A stretch of DNA of 64,000 bases from Mobula hypostoma (Eukaryota). A program made the position numbers and the translations under genes. The notes below the pieces were generated by a model, which did not search any database, was not told the DNA's origin, and saw nothing but the letters and a program-made list of their open reading frames with translations. Shown one piece after another: positions 63,070 through 64,000 of the stretch (position 1 is the stretch's first letter; every line of letters starts with the position of its first letter). The DNA is taken from the NCBI RefSeq assembly GCF_963921235.1, contig NC_086097.1:87918001-87982000 (forward strand), in the 5' to 3' direction.

Positions 63070-63530
63070 CTCCATCATTGGGGGCCCCATCACCTAGGAC
63101 ATGCTCCCTTCTTATTACTACCATCAGAGAGAAGGTACAGGAGCCTAAAGACACAACTCAACATTTTAGAAATAGCTTCTTTCCCTCGGCCTGGCTGGTG
63201 GTGCAGCGACATTAGTGCCGGACTTCGGGACGAAAGGTCCCGAGTTCGAATCCAGCCGGCTCCCCTGCACGCTTTCCATCCATATTGGGTTACGAGCTGG
63301 TGATCTCTTTGGAAACTCACCCGGCAGAAGGCAATGGCAAACCACTGCTGTATACATGGTTCCCCACTATGTCAGAGAGGCGTGGAGGGAAATCGTCTGC
63401 TAACCGGAGAAACTCTGGATGCGACGTACCTTTCCTTTCCTTCTTTCCCTCTACCATCAGATTTCTACCTCACTACTTTTGCTCTATTTTTGCATGACAT
63501 TTATTTTATTTAATCTTAATATATTTCTAT
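63070..63530 (+). mobile_element. Rex1/Babar LINE 3' end, split by a SINE
   Basis: HHLGHAPFLLLPSERRYRSLKT...SFFPS | TIRFL, continuing after the SINE. Confidence 0.7.
63188..63439 (+). mobile_element. tRNA-derived SINE (family C) with a 12-bp TSD and an RTE-like tail motif
   Basis: A-box-like TGGTGCAGCGA, B box GAGTTCGAATCC, internal AGAAGGCAATGGCAAACCAC, (CCTTT)n end. TSD CTTCTTTCCCTC at 63176-63187 and 63440-63451. Confidence 0.88.
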
Positions 63531-63769
63531 TTCTTATTACCCCACACTGCTCAATTCTACCTCCTACCTAAGATCCACAAACCTGACTGTCCAGGTAGGC
63601 CCATTGTCTCTACCTGTTCCTGCCCTATTGAACTCATGTTCTCACACCTCGACTCCATTCTATACCACTTGGTTCTGTCCTTTCCCACCGACATCCATGA
63701 CACTTCTCATGCTATTGGTCTCAGTAGCTTTCAACTCCCTACCCTTTCATGGAAACGAGTTCAAAGGTC

Positions 63770-64000
63770 AAGACGGTTTGTTGCAGCGTAATTAAATTCT
63801 ATTTTAGCCGCATCTGAGCATTGCATTCAGCTCTAGCCACCCCGTTATTGGAAGGGTGTTAAGGTTTTGGAGAGGGTGCAGAAGATTGCTACCAGGATGC
63901 TGCCTGGATTAGAGGGCATGTGATATAAGCGATACTGAACAAACATGAGTTGTTTTCCTAGGAGCTGTAGAGGATAAGGGGAGATCTGATAGATGTTTAT
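63770..64000 (+). mobile_element. CR1 LINE RT C-terminal fragment (runs off the window)
   Basis: LERVQK..TRMLPGLEGM...RIRGDLIDVY motifs. Confidence 0.8.

Overview
Repeat-rich vertebrate genomic DNA. The repeat families (HE1/V-SINE-like SINEs, CR1, Penelope, Rex1/Babar, Tc1) suggest a cartilaginous fish, probably a ray; this is inference only. One host gene is clearly visible on the + strand: the last six coding exons of a SIPA1/SIPA1L (SPAR) Rap-GAP family gene, most similar to SIPA1L1, at 9171-9333, 17796-18015, 19048-19194, 26603-26717, 29044-29125 and 32111-32254. All six have canonical splice sites and consistent phases and together encode about 289 aa of the C-terminal SPAR_C/coiled-coil region. 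A 3' UTR runs to about 33.7 kb. The rest is intronic or intergenic and full of mobile DNA: three large CR1 LINEs (one near full length, one nested in an IR/DR Tc1 transposon), Penelope-like elements (PLEs) with GIY-YIG remnants and inverted segments, Tc1/Tigger/hAT non-autonomous elements, one clear and one possible solo LTR, tRNA-derived SINEs, and L1, L2 and Rex1 fragments. The most notable non-coding signal is a minimal hammerhead ribozyme motif (CUGAYGA...GAAACGUC) in the PLE tails. One copy with an intact core sits in sense orientation in a gene intron, and many short degenerate copies are dispersed through the window. Nearly all ORFs in the supplied track are TE fragments or chance ORFs. 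All family assignments come from motifs read by eye, and boundaries of old repeats are approximate.
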